From positions 1 through 64,000 of the IMG/VR virus record IMGVR_UViG_3300045131_002907: a stretch of DNA of 64,000 nt; one strand, written 5' to 3'. The notes under the pieces were generated by a model. It did no database searches, was not told where the DNA came from, and saw nothing but the letters and a program-made list of their open reading frames with translations. Position 1 is the stretch's first letter. Every line of letters starts with the position of its first letter. The translations under genes were made by a program, and so were the position numbers. This document shows positions 32,075-42,130 of this stretch, in pieces. The stretch is from a virus.

Positions 32075-32640
32075 AGTCATCTCTCAATCTATCAAGATTT
32101 AATAGCATGGTACGTGTGTGGTGCCCAGAAAACCCATCGAAATCTGTTGTGGGTAAAAACCTGGTGACCTACCAGGGGGCAGACATCGTGGCGCACCTCC
32201 TCGCCGGGGATGCCAGGTATCGTTTGGCTCGTATGTGGTTTGAGTTCGACAACTCAGGACCAGCGCACCCAACCGCAGCACGCGCGGATACCGCTGCAAC
32301 GGTTCTGGGCGAAGCAGTGCTTTCACGTGACATAATTCGTGGACCACTGGTTGCGCAGCCGCTGCTGGAGTCATCGGACCCCACTGAAATCCCCCCTAAG
32401 TACACCTCGAATAGAGGTACCTACCATGCGATTTCTCAAGGGGTGGAGGGTGAGAAGAACCTGCTGGCTTTCTCCGCAGCCGCGGGGTCAAAAATCTTTG
32501 CCATCTGTCTTGTGGCCTCGCCTGGACCAGGTACCACAATCGCAGATGACCTCATCTATGCCAGGTTTGTTCTGGCCACACATCTCGACGTTGGCAGCTC
32601 CGGCCAAGTCGCAGCAACCTGGATGACTGAGGCCACCTAA
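32071..32640 (+). CDS. Baseplate/tail-fibre attachment protein (putative)
   Basis: KNLVTYQGADIVAHLLAG and LIYARF motifs, plus synteny. Confidence 0.5.
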   Translation: MKSSLNLSRFNSMVRVWCPENPSKSVVGKNLVTYQGADIVAHLLAGDARYRLARMWFEFDNSGPAHPTAARADTAATVLGEAVLSRDIIRGPLVAQPLLESSDPTEIPPKYTSNRGTYHAISQGVEGEKNLLAFSAAAGSKIFAICLVASPGPGTTIADDLIYARFVLATHLDVGSSGQVAATWMTEAT

Positions 32641-32641
32641 A

Positions 32642-34423
32642 ATGCTGACACCATACACCAGACTTATTCGTTTCATCGTGGACGGCGAGCCCGTGAATGC
32701 TGCGGTGGCCAATCGGCCATCTCAGGATCTCGCCTGGCGGACACAGAATCTCAAAGAGATCTTGGACGCCCTGGCGGCAGCCCAGATGATCGAGATCCCC
32801 GATGCCATCCTGCAATCCGGTGTAACCGTGGGGACCCCAGTGTACCTGGATGGGGCCACGAACACCTATAAGCCTGCGAGGTCGGCGACACGTTCTCAGG
32901 AAAACGGGAACCCCGCGCTTGCTGAGAGTTTCTTTGCCGGGATCGTGGTCAGCACTGAAGCCGGGACTCATGGAGTCATCGGTGTCACCGGCCGCTTCAT
33001 TGGGCTCACTTTAGCACAATGGGCAGCCCATATTGAAACCAGGGATCTCGTCGGCGGCATCGCGGTACCCGGGCATTATTACCTGTCATCGACTCAGGCA
33101 GGGCGCCTCACCCTGACCCCAAGTGGGCTTGGTGTCTATGTTGGCCAGCTCAGTGCCTCGGGTGCCATGGATGTCCGTGCAGGCAACCCGGATTATGCCT
33201 CGCATACCCATCACGAGTTCGTACTGAGTCCACTGCCCGCCGCGGATCTCACTAATCCACTCAGCGTTGTGGAGACCTCAGGTGAATGGTCTATCCCCAT
33301 CCACGATACCACGTATCGCGGTTGGTTACCAGCGACGACTCAACCCGCAGAGAATGTACCCACGGGGGTCACCGCGGCGTCGTCATTCTGGTATAACTTG
33401 GACCACCCCACTGATGCCGCCTTGCGTGCCCTGTTCCCACCGGTCCCCGTGGATTCCTTTGTTGTCGTCAGGGGCACCGAGATCCAACCCATTGGGCGCA
33501 TCGTGGTCAATGAGTTCGGGATCTGGTGGACCCAGAATAAGAATGATGCCACGAATGCGGCGCCGTGGTCAGAGAACGTCAAAGTAGACCCCACTCACGA
33601 AGAAAACATTCAGTTCTGGTTCTCGCGAATCATGTTGGCCACCGATGGTGGCATCGTGCGCTCCCTGAGCGTAAGCTCGACATCTGAACTCGACGCGGCA
33701 TTCTTGGACCTCGGCGGGAACCCAGCAACAGATGGCACCCTCCAACTCGCCATCAAATCTTTGAAGGAAGCCACGAATCCCAATCCTGGGGTCCAGGCTT
33801 CAGCCCTTGCTGTGAAGGGTATCACTGGAAAGCAATTCACCCGGGGGCCCGTGATCTCCAGGGTGAAAGGTACCCCAGGGATCGTGGTCACGGGAAGCCA
33901 AGGCAACGCCGCTGATGGCTGGTATGGCGATCTCCTGTTCGCACTCAGCAACACTATTCTCACTCAGGGTAACGCAGATATCGCGGATCTCAACAACGCC
34001 AAGATCGAGAGCATCTCTGGTCTCCAAGGCGTCACCTTGGTGGCCCAACGCACCGCAGCACCGGCGTGGACACTGTTCATCCCCCCAGGGCTCGTAAATG
34101 TTACGGTCAAGATCAAGTTCTGGGTGTATGCGAGCACGAACGGTACCCTGTCAACTGCGAAGCCAATACAGTTAAATTACAAAGTGGTTCCCCCTGTAAC
34201 AACGCCTACGGCGATTCCGGAATGGTCTTTTCTAGCAGCGTTCACCGATGCCAGTATGGGCATCGGTGGTGAAGGTCGCAGTGGTAAATACGAGGTCACC
34301 GATGCTATCTCGATCCTCGGGGTTCCCGGGGGATCCACTGTAGTCCTCAACCTCACCCGCAATGCCGCCGATGACTACGGTGGTAATCTCACCGTGCTCC
34401 GAGTGGAGTACGAACTCGTCTGA
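32642..34423 (+). CDS. Tail fibre protein (putative)
   Basis: N-terminal DGEPVNAAVANRPSQDLAWRTQNLK resembles a fibre attachment segment. Also YYLSSTQAGRLT. Confidence 0.6.
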   Translation: MLTPYTRLIRFIVDGEPVNAAVANRPSQDLAWRTQNLKEILDALAAAQMIEIPDAILQSGVTVGTPVYLDGATNTYKPARSATRSQENGNPALAESFFAGIVVSTEAGTHGVIGVTGRFIGLTLAQWAAHIETRDLVGGIAVPGHYYLSSTQAGRLTLTPSGLGVYVGQLSASGAMDVRAGNPDYASHTHHEFVLSPLPAADLTNPLSVVETSGEWSIPIHDTTYRGWLPATTQPAENVPTGVTAASSFWYNLDHPTDAALRALFPPVPVDSFVVVRGTEIQPIGRIVVNEFGIWWTQNKNDATNAAPWSENVKVDPTHEENIQFWFSRIMLATDGGIVRSLSVSSTSELDAAFLDLGGNPATDGTLQLAIKSLKEATNPNPGVQASALAVKGITGKQFTRGPVISRVKGTPGIVVTGSQGNAADGWYGDLLFALSNTILTQGNADIADLNNAKIESISGLQGVTLVAQRTAAPAWTLFIPPGLVNVTVKIKFWVYASTNGTLSTAKPIQLNYKVVPPVTTPTAIPEWSFLAAFTDASMGIGGEGRSGKYEVTDAISILGVPGGSTVVLNLTRNAADDYGGNLTVLRVEYELV

Positions 34424-34461
34424 CCTCTAAAAAGTCTCCACGTCGAGACTGAGGAACCCCT

Positions 34462-35340
34462 GTGACCACAATCACGAATCCCAACTGGTATGATCTCAAC
34501 TCGGATCGTGCCTTTCCATTCCTGGATTCGGCGTCACGGGCTGCAATCGAAGGCGGCTTCGTGCTCCCCGATGATCTCATCGTGGATCTCAGGTTGTCGG
34601 CGGCGGCATCCCTGGATCCCACCAAGTTCTATCTATCTCGAATCGGCGCCATTGGTGGCGGGTTGATGCTCACCTTTGCATGTGATGGCGTCGATGTCGC
34701 CACTACTGCTGCACCCTCGATTTCCACCGAGGAGTACCAGAGTTACATTGTCGCCGGGCTCACCGGGTACGCCGTCAATGGCACCATCGTGCTCGGCGGG
34801 GCCTCCGCGGTCCTCGCCGCAGGGGTCCTGGCTTACACGTTCACGCTCGCTGCAACGCGTATCATACCCACCTTGATTTCCCCCGGACAAACCGGGGTGA
34901 CCTCGCTGACCGTTGTAGATTCCTCGGGAAGAACGGTTCGCCTCGTCGGTGACATCACCATGACGCCGGGCCCCAATGCTGAGATGACCGTGGAGGAGCA
35001 GGAGATCGCGATTGGGATGGTCTCCGGGGTTGTAATCAACCCATGTGGATGTGAGGACCCCGGCGGTTTCAACCGTGCCGCGATCCGAAGTATCAACGGG
35101 GTAACCCCAGATGTCGATGGTAACCTTCAAGTGGTTACCGAGGGCTGCCCGGATCTCACCACGATTACCAATGGCCTCAAACTCACGGATCGCTGTGCTG
35201 AACCCTGCTGTGGTGACGCCGAGATCGTTGCGGTGGCCACGGCGACACGTGACCTCGACAGACTCCTCGCCGATCTCGCCAACAAGGAAGCCCAGGTTGA
35301 AAGCGCGCTTCGTGGCGTCGAAGGCTGGTTGCAACAATGA
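34462..35340 (+). CDS. Fibre/baseplate paralog 1
   Basis: WYDLNSDRAFPF N-terminal motif, IRSINGVTPDVDGN, C-terminal coiled coil. Confidence 0.65.
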   Translation: MTTITNPNWYDLNSDRAFPFLDSASRAAIEGGFVLPDDLIVDLRLSAAASLDPTKFYLSRIGAIGGGLMLTFACDGVDVATTAAPSISTEEYQSYIVAGLTGYAVNGTIVLGGASAVLAAGVLAYTFTLAATRIIPTLISPGQTGVTSLTVVDSSGRTVRLVGDITMTPGPNAEMTVEEQEIAIGMVSGVVINPCGCEDPGGFNRAAIRSINGVTPDVDGNLQVVTEGCPDLTTITNGLKLTDRCAEPCCGDAEIVAVATATRDLDRLLADLANKEAQVESALRGVEGWLQQ

Positions 35341-36650
35341 CCGCAGGGTTCCTGGAATCCAACCTGGACATCGCGTACCCCTTCGTGGACTCCACGGAGG
35401 CCATCAGTGTTGGTGCAGACCCCAATGATGTCCTGATTACTTCAGTGGTCGCCGATGCTCTTGTCGTCGGGGACCAAGATGGCCCCTATATCCTCAAGGT
35501 CTTCAATCCCAATTACGATCCCATGATCGCGGATCCCCTGAGTCTCGCCATGATCCAGGTCTCCGGGGCCACTGGGGTCTTCATCGATACCACTGTGGCG
35601 ACATCAGTCGATCTCGGTGGGGGTTTCAGAAGTCTGGATGCCGTGGGTACCGGGGGACAAATCCGGCTTATCGTGAGTACATCTGGAATCGCGGGTCTCG
35701 CCGCCCTGGCGTCTCCGGTGGAGTTCTCAGCCCGGGTGTGCTCCCGCGGGCTCCAGGGGGTCACCTCGATTGAGGGGCTCACCGGCGATGTCGTCCTACA
35801 TCTCCCCGACTACTCGACTATCAAGGATACCGGGGAGTCAGTGGAAATCGCTTTCGCGGATCCCGAGGATCGCGTGGACTGCTCGGCGACGCCTTGCGAT
35901 CACGCGTATTCACTGGGGCAGGCCGTCGCGGATTCCCAGGGAAGCCTTCACATCGAAGCCGGCCCATGCTACCGTGTTGTCCCCAGCGATAACCCAGCGT
36001 TCCCCCATCGCGTTGTCATCAAGAATTTTTGCACGCCATGTGTGGACTGTAACGACCTCGTAGTGGTCCAGGACAAACTTGAGGACCAGGCCACCTACTA
36101 CCACTCCCTGGGTGCCATCTACCACAACCAATTCAATAGGTATCAGCACGCTGTCGCCAAGGTGAATGAGAAGATCGAGGAGATCGAGGCCAGGGGTAAC
36201 ATCGTCACCCCCACGGGGCCCATCAGTGTTGTAGAACGCGTTGTCAACCGGCCCTACTTTACGCAGCTCTACCTCGCCATTGTGAATAACTCGGAACGCA
36301 AGATCCGGGTTGCCATGACTGTAACCATTACACCTGCGGGGCTCGCCGCACAGCTCCTGTCCCTGCAGGGTTCATGGCTGGTCCAGCACACCTTGAGTGG
36401 AGGCGAAGCCTTCGCTGACTTCACGGGATTCCCGGGGAGCGCCAGTGTTGACGTCGAGGCCCAGGACAGCATTGGGCTCAACTCGGAGGCCAAGCGCGTC
36501 TCGTTTGTAGGCCCAACAACGGGGCACTGGCATCTCCAGGCCACGATACACTTCATGCACGGGGCCACCGTGCAAGAACTCGCGGGCACCCTCGACATGG
36601 ATCTCACCCCCGCCATCGATCTTCTGAGTTCCCCAGCGGTGACCCCATGA
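35337..36650 (+). CDS. Fibre/baseplate paralog 2
   Basis: FLESNLDIAYPF, GVTSIEGLTGDV, CTPCVDC and a coiled coil. Confidence 0.65.
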   Translation: MTAGFLESNLDIAYPFVDSTEAISVGADPNDVLITSVVADALVVGDQDGPYILKVFNPNYDPMIADPLSLAMIQVSGATGVFIDTTVATSVDLGGGFRSLDAVGTGGQIRLIVSTSGIAGLAALASPVEFSARVCSRGLQGVTSIEGLTGDVVLHLPDYSTIKDTGESVEIAFADPEDRVDCSATPCDHAYSLGQAVADSQGSLHIEAGPCYRVVPSDNPAFPHRVVIKNFCTPCVDCNDLVVVQDKLEDQATYYHSLGAIYHNQFNRYQHAVAKVNEKIEEIEARGNIVTPTGPISVVERVVNRPYFTQLYLAIVNNSERKIRVAMTVTITPAGLAAQLLSLQGSWLVQHTLSGGEAFADFTGFPGSASVDVEAQDSIGLNSEAKRVSFVGPTTGHWHLQATIHFMHGATVQELAGTLDMDLTPAIDLLSSPAVTP

Positions 36651-37399
36651 CCTGGTACGACAACAACGAGCTGATCTCATATCCCCTGGTCGACGACACC
36701 AGTGGGCTCGACCACGACATCATCGTGGATCTCTTGCTCCATGTCCCCGGAGGCTTCGGAGATGTCGTGGTCTCCTCGATCTCGGTGACCGCCTTGGTGG
36801 TCAGTGTTGTGATCTCAGCGGGTAGCGAGGTCATCGCATATATCACCGTGGAGAACACCCCAGAGATTATCCAGACCCCCTTAGACCTCGAACCCGTGGT
36901 CTCCGGGGTCTCCGGTACCATAACCCTGGGTTCCGGGATCTCCCGCCGGCGGCTGCGCCTCGATGGCGCCTTCGCCGTACTCCCCGAGTGTGTTATAGTT
37001 TATCCCCTGGGGGCCAGTGATCCCACTGCACGGGTACATGGCATCCCCCTTGGTGGTCGGATCTCATTGGTCGCCGGGGCTGGGATCGAGATCACCGCGG
37101 AGACCATGCGGGTCCGCCGCCAAGACCTCGTGGTTGAGACCACCACGGTGGCCAAGATCGGGCTCATCGCAACAAACCGACTCGTCGCCATGAATCCCTG
37201 TCAGGTCTCCGCTGAAGCCGATGCCCTGCGGACTCCTCCGATCCGGTCTATCAACGGTGTCCTCCCCGATCTCAATGGAAACCTCGAAGTCGTCTGTATT
37301 ACCATCATGAAGGCCCCCGGGGAGCCCGTGGTCTCCATTGTCGACCCCGAAGTCGCCGGCAGGATATTCTTATCAGATCCAGGGGAAACCTGCGCATGA
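36647..37399 (+). CDS. Fibre/baseplate paralog 3
   Basis: WYDNNELISYPL and IRSINGVLPDLNGN. Confidence 0.65.
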   Translation: MTWYDNNELISYPLVDDTSGLDHDIIVDLLLHVPGGFGDVVVSSISVTALVVSVVISAGSEVIAYITVENTPEIIQTPLDLEPVVSGVSGTITLGSGISRRRLRLDGAFAVLPECVIVYPLGASDPTARVHGIPLGGRISLVAGAGIEITAETMRVRRQDLVVETTTVAKIGLIATNRLVAMNPCQVSAEADALRTPPIRSINGVLPDLNGNLEVVCITIMKAPGEPVVSIVDPEVAGRIFLSDPGETCA

Positions 37400-38103
37400 A
37401 CATCTATGGCCAACAATGGGAAGACAGTCTCAAGGGGCTCAGTTACCCCTTCCAGGCCTCGGAGCCCCCGGAATCCGAGGGTAACCGGATCCCCGTGGAC
37501 TTCATCCTCGACGCCGCTTTATTCATGAGGTCGTCGACCTCCCGTGCCGTGCTCAGCGAAATCGTGGTGACCCCGGCTCGTGGGATCACCATGGGGTTCG
37601 CGGATTCCGCTGGGGATCCCGTGGGTACCGCTGTTTTCCCGGCCGAAGGCGGGGGTCGAGTCGTCGTCAGCTTTCAAGGGATCCCCGTGGGGTTCATCGT
37701 AGCCGACCCTGTTGCCACGGAGATCGTGCGATCCTGGTTCCCGAGAACTTATGTGTTCTCGGCTCCCCTGGTCCCCCATGTCGTCGTGGTCTCAGATCCC
37801 GCGTGGCGGCGAGGAGTCACGCTTCCCGATGGCACCACGCTCACCGGGGATGTCTACCTCGTCGGTGCCAATGGCATCCACTTGGAACGCACAACCACGG
37901 GGTTCAAGGTCTCCGGTGTCGGCGATCCCTACGCCGGCAGAGTCGAAGCCCGGCGCGCCCTCAAGACCATCAACAATGTTCTCCCCGATAGTGCAGGGAA
38001 CATCTCCTTTGTTGCGATGTCACCCCATGGTGGAAACCATAGAGTCAGCGTGAGTCCCCTGGGTAGTGGTCGTGTCCGCGTCGAACTCCAGGGGGCGACA
38101 TGA
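37396..38103 (+). CDS. Fibre/baseplate paralog 4
   Basis: WEDSLKGLSYPF and LKTINNVLPDSAGN. Confidence 0.65.
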   Translation: MNIYGQQWEDSLKGLSYPFQASEPPESEGNRIPVDFILDAALFMRSSTSRAVLSEIVVTPARGITMGFADSAGDPVGTAVFPAEGGGRVVVSFQGIPVGFIVADPVATEIVRSWFPRTYVFSAPLVPHVVVVSDPAWRRGVTLPDGTTLTGDVYLVGANGIHLERTTTGFKVSGVGDPYAGRVEARRALKTINNVLPDSAGNISFVAMSPHGGNHRVSVSPLGSGRVRVELQGAT

Positions 38104-39179
38104 TCGGAGCCAATCAATTCCTTGCCGCGAATACGACACGGGATTATCCCTTTGTGTTGGCGCCAACACGTTCGGCAGCCGAACGCGCCTGGCTCGCCGA
38201 TGCCGCCTTCGTGATCACCGTGGATGCCGAGATCTACGCGCAGACCATTCCTCTTGTGCTCTCCCGCATCGTGGTCTCCACTGGGGTCGGCTTCCGTTTC
38301 GAGATCCCCAGCGGCCCCCTGGCCGGCTGGGCCTTCGTATCCAGCCCACAGGCGCTCACGGACCTCCAGAGAGTCAGCGTGGCTCTCGTGGACCCCAGCG
38401 ATGTCGCGCACCCCGAGATGGGGTATGGGTACATCATCGTGGGCATCGCCGCTGAGCTCCCCGTGGTAACCACGAACCCCAACATCGAGATGGTGGTATC
38501 AACTATCCGTCTTCTCGAGAGCTCACGTGCCCTCCGCATGTGGGTGGCGAATACGCCTTGCTTAGGGGACTCCAATTTCACCGAGGGCCCCGGGGATGCC
38601 CATGATATCACGTACACCGGGGTGGCCTCACAAACCATATCGGGTTGCGTTCAAATCGGGTTGTACCCCGCAGGGGGTCCCAGTGCGGGGTCACCCCTCC
38701 CCCAAGTCGCGGTAATCCCGGATCCCCAGGGGCACACCACTGCTGATATCCCCATTGTACCCCCTGTGGTGTCCACTGACCAGCTCACCGCAGGTGTGGT
38801 GACTACAATCAGTGTCCGCGATGCCGTCATCACGGACACCCTGCCTGGAGACCCCGGTTACGACGCCGAGGTCACCTCGGATGCCGTGGTCGGCGGTGCT
38901 GACATCTTAGAAGGCCACAACATCGACCTCGGCTATGACTCCCCGAGTGGGGTCGTCATCAAGTTCAGACTTGGGGGTGGCGAAGGTTTCTCATGTGATG
39001 CCGTCCCGGGGTGCACCCCTGGCAAAAAAGCAGTGGACACCGTAAAGTCTCTCAACGGAGTCCACGGCGAAAGTATAACTCTTGTCGCGGGTACCGCTGT
39101 AGAAGTCCTGGCGTCAGAACTCGATCACCGTCTCTACCTCGTCTTCAACGCGGAAAGGCTAAAGGGTGCGGTTACCTGA
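38100..39179 (+). CDS. Fibre/baseplate paralog 5
   Basis: FLAANTTRDYPF and VKSLNGVHG. Confidence 0.6.
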   Translation: MIGANQFLAANTTRDYPFVLAPTRSAAERAWLADAAFVITVDAEIYAQTIPLVLSRIVVSTGVGFRFEIPSGPLAGWAFVSSPQALTDLQRVSVALVDPSDVAHPEMGYGYIIVGIAAELPVVTTNPNIEMVVSTIRLLESSRALRMWVANTPCLGDSNFTEGPGDAHDITYTGVASQTISGCVQIGLYPAGGPSAGSPLPQVAVIPDPQGHTTADIPIVPPVVSTDQLTAGVVTTISVRDAVITDTLPGDPGYDAEVTSDAVVGGADILEGHNIDLGYDSPSGVVIKFRLGGGEGFSCDAVPGCTPGKKAVDTVKSLNGVHGESITLVAGTAVEVLASELDHRLYLVFNAERLKGAVT

Positions 39180-40026
39180 CCTCGATGTCATCGATTTGCC
39201 AGACCTGACGTCTGCGGCATACCCTCGAGTCAACCACAGTGCGACATGTGTTGACGCCGTGATCCCCGCACGCACGTGTTGGCCCCAAACGCTGCAAAAC
39301 ATCGTCAGAGTCCGACCCTATGCCCTGCCGACGACTCCACTGGGGCACCTCAAGTATCCCTGGATGCGGATCCGGGCATTGTTCCCGATCCCACCTGGGA
39401 TCGGCCTGCATTGTAGCACCCTGAAGTCCACGCAGACCTCGGTATCCATGGTTTCGGGGTCTCCTCCGAGTTGGAACCGAACCGTGGAGCCCTGTGATCC
39501 CACGGATCCCTGCTGCATCGACATCAAAGATATCCTCAACATCCCATGTATCTTCCCCGCGTTCGGTATCGGCAAGGTCTACATGAATGGCGCCGAACTC
39601 CTCGGCGCGAGTACAACACACCGGGTATCCGGTGCGGGGTGCAACATCGGGGTAGCCCTGGATGTCAGCCTCCCCGATCTCAGCGGGGGCACCGTGGAGA
39701 CCATGGCCCCTCTAGGGTTTCTGACCGTGGAATGCCCGGATGTCGACAAACCCACGGGGTGGAACTGGGATACCACGGGGTGCTGTAATGACGGCACCTG
39801 TGCATATGAACACGATGCCCAGATTCCGAAGGTCGTGGATACCCTGGGAGTCATTGGCCCCGCTGGGTCCGTTTATGACTCCACGGATCCCTTGTGCCCT
39901 GCTCAGTTCAAGAATGTGGGCGATGACCGCATCTATGGCGGCGACCGCATTCGCATCCAGTTAATCGTGCCACCACCCCCGCTTCCCGCCCCGCAGATCA
40001 CGATATATCACGTGGAGTCACCATGA
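39166..40026 (+). CDS. Cys/Pro-rich hypothetical virion protein
   Basis: Fills the operon and overlaps both neighbours. Confidence 0.55.
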   Translation: MRLPDLDVIDLPDLTSAAYPRVNHSATCVDAVIPARTCWPQTLQNIVRVRPYALPTTPLGHLKYPWMRIRALFPIPPGIGLHCSTLKSTQTSVSMVSGSPPSWNRTVEPCDPTDPCCIDIKDILNIPCIFPAFGIGKVYMNGAELLGASTTHRVSGAGCNIGVALDVSLPDLSGGTVETMAPLGFLTVECPDVDKPTGWNWDTTGCCNDGTCAYEHDAQIPKVVDTLGVIGPAGSVYDSTDPLCPAQFKNVGDDRIYGGDRIRIQLIVPPPPLPAPQITIYHVESP

Positions 40027-40322
40027 ACCCCGAAGCTCCCGCCCCAGTCATCGACCCCAACCTCGCCATCCTGGTTGTTCTCGATTCCCCCCAGCTCGAT
40101 GGCTTGGCCCCCGAGCTCACCCCATTGCGTGTGAAGGCCACCAAGGTCGCCGAGGGCATCAATACAGCGCGGTGTTCGTCCTGCGCCAAGCGTTCGGCGT
40201 ACCGGGCACTTCTCGCCATTGCAGTGGAGCTCCGAACCCTGGTGGCCTCGAACCCAAGTCTCCAACGCGTCATCGGGGTCCTCCAGACCGCGGCGGCCCA
40301 ACCCAAAGCAGCACTGCCATGA
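40023..40322 (+). CDS. Small CxxC protein
   Basis: ATGA coupling; CSSC motif. Confidence 0.55.
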   Translation: MNPEAPAPVIDPNLAILVVLDSPQLDGLAPELTPLRVKATKVAEGINTARCSSCAKRSAYRALLAIAVELRTLVASNPSLQRVIGVLQTAAAQPKAALP

Positions 40323-40735
40323 GCGACCCCTTACCTCTTGTACCCCCACCACCGGTGGTCTACGCCCTCAACCTCGAGTACCGCGAGAACTCCGTGGTCG
40401 TCGATGCACGTACCCAAGGCTACCGCATCGCAATTACGGCCGCGGTGAAGTCCGGATATCGGGATGCCAACATCTTTCGGTACCAACAGCTCAACGCCGA
40501 GGAAGCCCTGTTCACCGGTGTATGCAGCCCCGCTGATCTCGTCGATTATTCCCAGAACCCTTCCCCCAAGGATGGCTTCTTCCGCAGGAACCTCCTCGAC
40601 CTCGTCTTTGCCTCGCAGACCCAGGCTTATGAGATCCGCGATGAAATCCTTGAAGAGCTCAGAATCCTCAGTGAGGAGATGGCCCGGCTGGACAACACTC
40701 TAAGTGATGCCCAGACCATTGAGGTGTCTTCATGA
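40319..40735 (+). CDS. Hypothetical protein
   Basis: ATGA overlap at 40319; contains FTGVCSPADLVDY...FFR. Confidence 0.6.
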   Translation: MSDPLPLVPPPPVVYALNLEYRENSVVVDARTQGYRIAITAAVKSGYRDANIFRYQQLNAEEALFTGVCSPADLVDYSQNPSPKDGFFRRNLLDLVFASQTQAYEIRDEILEELRILSEEMARLDNTLSDAQTIEVSS

Positions 40736-41028
40736 CCGAGTCCATCATTCTGAGCAAGGAAACCCTGTATGTTCTCGTCGAGAACTCGGGGTTTAACAGT
40801 TACAATTTCCTGGCACCGATTCGGAGATGGGGGCGTACGGTTCGTGAGGTCCGCCAGGGCTGTGCGAGCTGTCCGCCACGCCGGCGGTATGGTATCTCGG
40901 ATGGCCAACAAGACGCCATCATGGCATCCCTGCAGGCCGCGTATTCCAATGAGATCCCGAGGTTGAAGCAGCAGCTTGGAGTCACCGAGCTCATACTTCC
41001 CTATACATCAGGGCAGGTCAGGATTTAG
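40732..41028 (+). CDS. Small CxxC protein
   Basis: ATGA coupling; GCASC motif; last gene of the + strand block. Confidence 0.55.
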   Translation: MTESIILSKETLYVLVENSGFNSYNFLAPIRRWGRTVREVRQGCASCPPRRRYGISDGQQDAIMASLQAAYSNEIPRLKQQLGVTELILPYTSGQVRI

Positions 41029-41410
41029 CCAGGATTTCCTGGTAGCCTTCCAGCAACTCGATGCGTTTGAAGAACGCACTGAGGGCAGTGACCTGCTTTT
41101 CGAGACTCACGAAACCACGAGACACCTCGAGGCGAACCTCGCTTCGGCGTGGTTCTGTCCGCGCAGAGATTCGTGCGAGAACCGCGGCCCTTAGCTTGGC
41201 GGCTTCAACGGCGACGTCATCGGCGGCTCCTCGCAACTCTTCCAGGATATGTGGAAAGTCGGTTACAACTGGGAGCGCTATATTTGTGCCACGTATGGGC
41301 TCACGTAAGGTGCCGCGCACGGTACGACTCGCCAGTGCCTGAGCCGCCTTGAGCGGAGACACCGCTTTGGGTTGCTTGGTAGTTTTAGATTTACTGCGTT
41401 TTGACGCCAT
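41018..41410 (-). CDS. Basic hypothetical protein
   Basis: SD aaggag and a candidate promoter upstream. Confidence 0.65.
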   Translation of the reverse strand: MASKRSKSKTTKQPKAVSPLKAAQALASRTVRGTLREPIRGTNIALPVVTDFPHILEELRGAADDVAVEAAKLRAAVLARISARTEPRRSEVRLEVSRGFVSLEKQVTALSAFFKRIELLEGYQEILAKS

Positions 41411-41431
41411 ATGATATCTCCTTGGGGGCGG

Positions 41432-41459
41432 AGTATCATATGGGTTTACAGTTAGTCAA
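41432..41459 (-). promoter_or_regulatory. Sigma70-like promoter TTGACT-N16-GATACT overlapped by an inverted repeat (atgggtt...aacccat)
   Basis: Read on the minus strand upstream of the 41410 start. Confidence 0.45.
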
Positions 41460-41473
41460 CCCATGCGGCTATG

Positions 41474-42127
41474 TCAGGGTTTAGGCGATTCAATGCCCAG
41501 GAGCTCGAGCTGCTGGGTCAGCGCCGCCATCTTGCGGGCGACATCTGCATCGAGTTCGTCGGCATGAGCAGCTGAGGACGCCATGGCGCCCTCAAATGCG
41601 GCGACATCATTGCTGGCATCCGTCGCCAAGGGTTGGTGTTCCCGATCCGCGAATCGCAGGCACTGGGGTTCACCGAGGACTCCCTCGGAATCCAAGACGT
41701 AGCCGACAACCCTGGCGATATCACGCCCCCAAGGGGATTCTGCGCGTGCTGCCAGGGGAGGTTCGGGATCATTGATGACGACCTCGGTAACCGCCCAGGC
41801 GACATCATCGGCATCGGGGGTTTCATCGAGGTCTAACGCTTTCCGGTTTAGGGCTGCCACTGTGCGCAGGAAAACCATAACAGAGTTATACACGGTATCC
41901 GTGGTCATCGCGTTGATCAGGGCTTCCAGGGATTCGTATTCCCGGCGGCCGAGGTCAACACCGAAGTCCTGTGAGATCTGGGTTCTCCGGGTCAGGGGAT
42001 CCCAATTCATGGCCCCGGCACCATAGGACTTCAAGACGATGGCGACCAAGGTGGATGCAAAAGCAGGTCTGGCGCCGCTGAGAAACTCGGCGGCGTTGCG
42101 GCGCCAATCTAGGCCTGCTTGCGACAT
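41474..42127 (-). CDS. Hypothetical protein
   Basis: 217 aa, co-oriented with and 3 nt downstream of the 42131 gene. Confidence 0.7.
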   Translation of the reverse strand: MSQAGLDWRRNAAEFLSGARPAFASTLVAIVLKSYGAGAMNWDPLTRRTQISQDFGVDLGRREYESLEALINAMTTDTVYNSVMVFLRTVAALNRKALDLDETPDADDVAWAVTEVVINDPEPPLAARAESPWGRDIARVVGYVLDSEGVLGEPQCLRFADREHQPLATDASNDVAAFEGAMASSAAHADELDADVARKMAALTQQLELLGIESPKP

Positions 42128-42130
42128 CGC

